From assembly GCA_963920595.1 (NCBI GenBank), contig OY986946.1, forward strand, positions 6,510,001 through 6,574,000: 64,000 bases of DNA. Direction: 5' to 3'. Positions 55,068 through 64,000 of the stretch are shown piece after piece. Made by a program: the position numbers and the translations under genes. The notes below the pieces were generated by a model. The model did no database searches. It saw only the letters and a list, made by a program, of their open reading frames with translations, and was not told the DNA's origin. Every line of letters starts with the position of its first letter. The first letter of the stretch is position 1. The stretch comes from Eimeria praecox. Taxonomy: Eukaryota.

Positions 55068-55332
55068 GGGGCACAGTGTGAAGAAGGAGAAGAGGCTAAA
55101 GATAAGACACGACAGCAGGCAGACAATTACAAACGTCAGCAGCAGCAGCAGCAACAGCAGCAACAGCAGCAACAGCAGCAGCAGCAGCAGCAGCAGCGGC
55201 AGCAACACCTAGTGCTGCTGTATCTACACCAGCAGCAGCAGCTGTTGGTGCTGCAGGAGGGACTAGCTAAGCTTCGAATAATGATAAGACGCCGGCGGAG
55301 AAGCCTCTCCGTAAACCCTGCTGCTGCTGCTG

Positions 55333-55373
<41 letters not shown>

Positions 55374-55386
55374 GGAGCCAGAACAC

Positions 55387-55427
<41 letters not shown>

Positions 55428-55784
55428 GACTCGGCAGCAGCAGCAGCAGCTATAATAACAGCATCTGTTGCTGCTCTACTAACAGCAGAAGCCCGTGTGG
55501 GGTTATTCTTTTCATCGTCAGCAGCAGCAACAGAAGATATGTCTGTTGCTGCTGCTGCAGCAGCAGCAGCAGCAGCAACAGCAGCAACAGCAGCAGAAGT
55601 AGCCATCGTAAGGAAGCAATTAAAAGAGGGGAGACCTCCAGATACACCCCAACCTGTTGATATGTATTTAATCCTAGAAATAAAATTAAGAAGAGACAGG
55701 AGACACTTAGTTCGATTGCTGCAAACATTCGAGAAAATCTATCACAACAACTTCTTCGCTTCCTTCTTAAATTTAAACAAATAA
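52750..55784 (+). CDS. Hypothetical protein, 2 exons, ~746 aa, with poly-Q/A/S, an acidic E/T tract and Gly/Pro repeats
   Basis: Exon 1 52750-52838 (MTNTNYLNEEGDSRG..., donor GTATGT, phase 2) joins exon 2 53633-55784 in frame. The long ORF has non-repetitive helical blocks (DYEYFNSLLLRLEKLQQHL; DMYLILEIKLRRDRRHLVRLLQTFEKIY). No family recognised. Confidence 0.65.
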
Positions 55785-55844
55785 ATAGTTATCTTCGCAT
55801 ATATATATATATATATAATATATATATATTATACAGATTGTATA

Positions 55845-55877
<33 letters not shown>

Positions 55878-56046
55878 CTTATATTTATATTTAATATCTA
55901 TATCTATATCTATCTATCTATCTATCTATATATCTATATATATATATATAGATAGATAGATAGATAGATATTTATATTTATATTTAATATCTATATCTAT
56001 ATCTATATCTATATCTATATATATACATATATATATATAGATAGAT

Positions 56047-56077
<31 letters not shown>

Positions 56078-56258
56078 TATTTGATATATATTATACAGAT
56101 TGTATATCTATATTATATATATATAATTTATTTATATTATATATAATATCTATATTATATATAATATACTATATTGTATTATATTATATCTCATAATATA
56201 ATACAATATAAATTATTTTATTTTAACGTTTTAGCCTTTGAATCTTCTGTCTCCTTTA

Positions 56259-56343
<85 letters not shown>

Positions 56344-56771
56344 AGGACAAATAGAGATAATTACAAGTTAAAAAAAAATATAAAATAAAATAATTAGTAT
56401 AAATATATACGAAGCAGCAACAGGAACAGCCGAGACGCAGAATGTTTGGGGCTGCATGCGTTTACAGCTTCCTGCTGCTGCTGTTGCTGCAGCTGCAGCT
56501 GCAGCAGCAGCTGCTGCTGCTGCTATTATACACTCGAAGCCCCACACGATGTGCTGCTAGGGTTTAGGGTTTAGGGTTTAGGGTTTAGGGTTTAGGGTTT
56601 TTAAATCTACTGAAAAGTCTCCCTAGGAGGAGGTGTACATACACCCTCCTCTCAACATGTGTTTATTTAAAACAAGATAAAATAAAATAAAATAAAATAA
56701 AATTAAAACCCTAAACCCTAAGGTTTAGGGTTTAGGGTTTAGGGTTTAGGGTTTATATATATAATTAATAA

Positions 56772-62527
<5,756 letters not shown>

Positions 62528-62571
62528 CTAAGTAAGAAGAGACAGAAATATATATATATATATATATATAT

Positions 62572-62602
<31 letters not shown>

Positions 62603-63048
62603 CTTTTTTATTTATTTATTTAGGCATAGAGGAAGGCCTAAGTAAGAAGAGACATAAAAATATATTTATCTATTTATTTATTTATTTAATTATTTTATGT
62701 ATATATATATATATATGTATAATTGACCTATAATTAACATATAATAAATATTATATATATATATATATAGATATAGATATATATAGATATAGATATATGT
62801 CTGTATCGATAGAATACAAAGACAAATAAATATATATAAAAACAGAAATAAACATAAAAGAATAAAGCTAAAGATAGAAAAATAAAAAGATAAAGAAACA
62901 AAGATAAATATAAAAAAAGATAAATATAAAAAAAGATAAATATAAACAAAAATATAAAAAAAGATAATACAGAGAAACAAAAATAAAAAAATATATAAAG
63001 AAAGAAACAGAGATGAAAATAAACAAAAATATAAAAAAAGCTAAGGAG

Positions 63049-63126
<78 letters not shown>

Positions 63127-63139
63127 ATAAGAATAAAGG

Positions 63140-64000
63140 GACAGAGAGAGACAGACAAAGAGAGACAGAGAGACAAAGAGAGACAGAGAGAGGCAGAGAG
63201 AGACAGAGAGAGACAGAAACAGACAGAGACAGAGAGAGACAGAGAGAGACAGAGAGAGACAGAGAGAGACAGAGACAGAGAGAGACAGAGAGAGACAGAG
63301 ACAGAGAGAGAAACAGGGGGAGACAAAGAAAGACAGAGAGAGACAGAGAAACAGAGAGAAAGTTAAACAGACAGAAAAACACAGCTAGAGAGACAGAGAC
63401 AGAGACAGACAGAGACAGACAGCTAAGGAGACAGAGACAGACAGAGACAGACAGCTAAGGAGACAGAGACAGACAGAGACAGACAGAGGCAGACAGTTAA
63501 GGAGACAGAGACAGACAGAGACACACAGTTAAGGAGACAGAGAAAGACAGAGACAGCTAAGGAGACAGAGAGAGACAGAGAGAGAGACAGTTAAGGAGAC
63601 AGACAACGACAGACAGCTCAGGAGACAGTTAAGGAGACAGTTAAGGAGACAGGTAGAGAGAGACAGTTAAGGAGAGACAGCTAGAGAGAGACAGCTAAGG
63701 AGACAGTTAGAGAGAGACAGTTAGAGAGAGACAGGTAGAGAGAGACAGGTAGAGAGAGACAGCTAAGGAGAGACAGTTAAGGAGACAGTTAAGGAGAGAC
63801 AGTTAGAGAGACAGGTAGAGAGAGACAGCTAAGGAGAGACAGTTAAAGAGAGACAGTTAGAGAGAGACAGTTAGAGACAGTTAAGGAGACAGGTAGAGAG
63901 AGACAGCTAAGGAGGGACAGTTAAAGAGAGACAGTTAGAGAGAGACAGTTAAGGAGACAGCTAAGGAGAGACAGCTAGAGAGAGGCAGTTAAGGAGAGAC
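63140..64000 (+). repeat. GAGACAG(T/C)TAAG / GAGACAGGTAGA minisatellite, same family as 42.4-43.3 kb
   Basis: Shared subunits gagacagttaag, gagacagctaag, gagacaggtagagag and gagacagttagagag; it runs off the window end. Confidence 0.9.

Overview
This is eukaryotic, intron-rich, extremely repeat-rich DNA with the hallmarks of an Eimeria (coccidian apicomplexan) repeat-rich segment: pervasive CAG/CTG tracts encoding poly-A/Q/S, interstitial telomere-like (TTTAGGG/CCCTAAA)n, TGCATGCA octamers and GGGGCCCC motifs. Most ORFs in the track are microsatellite artefacts. By manual, phase-checked splicing I reconstructed nine genes: (1) a secreted thioredoxin-fold protein lacking CxxC (-); (2) a PWWP-like plus Plus3-like nuclear protein (+); (3) an ~18-exon coiled-coil protein (+); (4) a PUF60-like RS/RRM/RRM/UHM splicing factor (+); (5) a CFAP119/C1a-32-like flagellar protein (-); (6) a catalytically degenerate RFC3/Rfc5-like protein (-); (7) an intronless VMP1 (+); (8) a hypothetical protein (+); (9) a 5'-truncated SWF1/ZDHHC4-like DHHC palmitoyltransferase (-). 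The most interesting signals concern splicing architecture: telomere-like repeats oriented relative to splice sites that could base-pair across introns, (CUG)n replacing polypyrimidine tracts, three duplicated splice junctions, a cluster of GC-AG introns, and a recursive-splice-like site. Also notable are a dispersed GGTGTA..TACACC palindrome family amplified into two arrays and a pure (CAG)167 intronic expansion. All family assignments are by-eye motif recognition; no searches were run.
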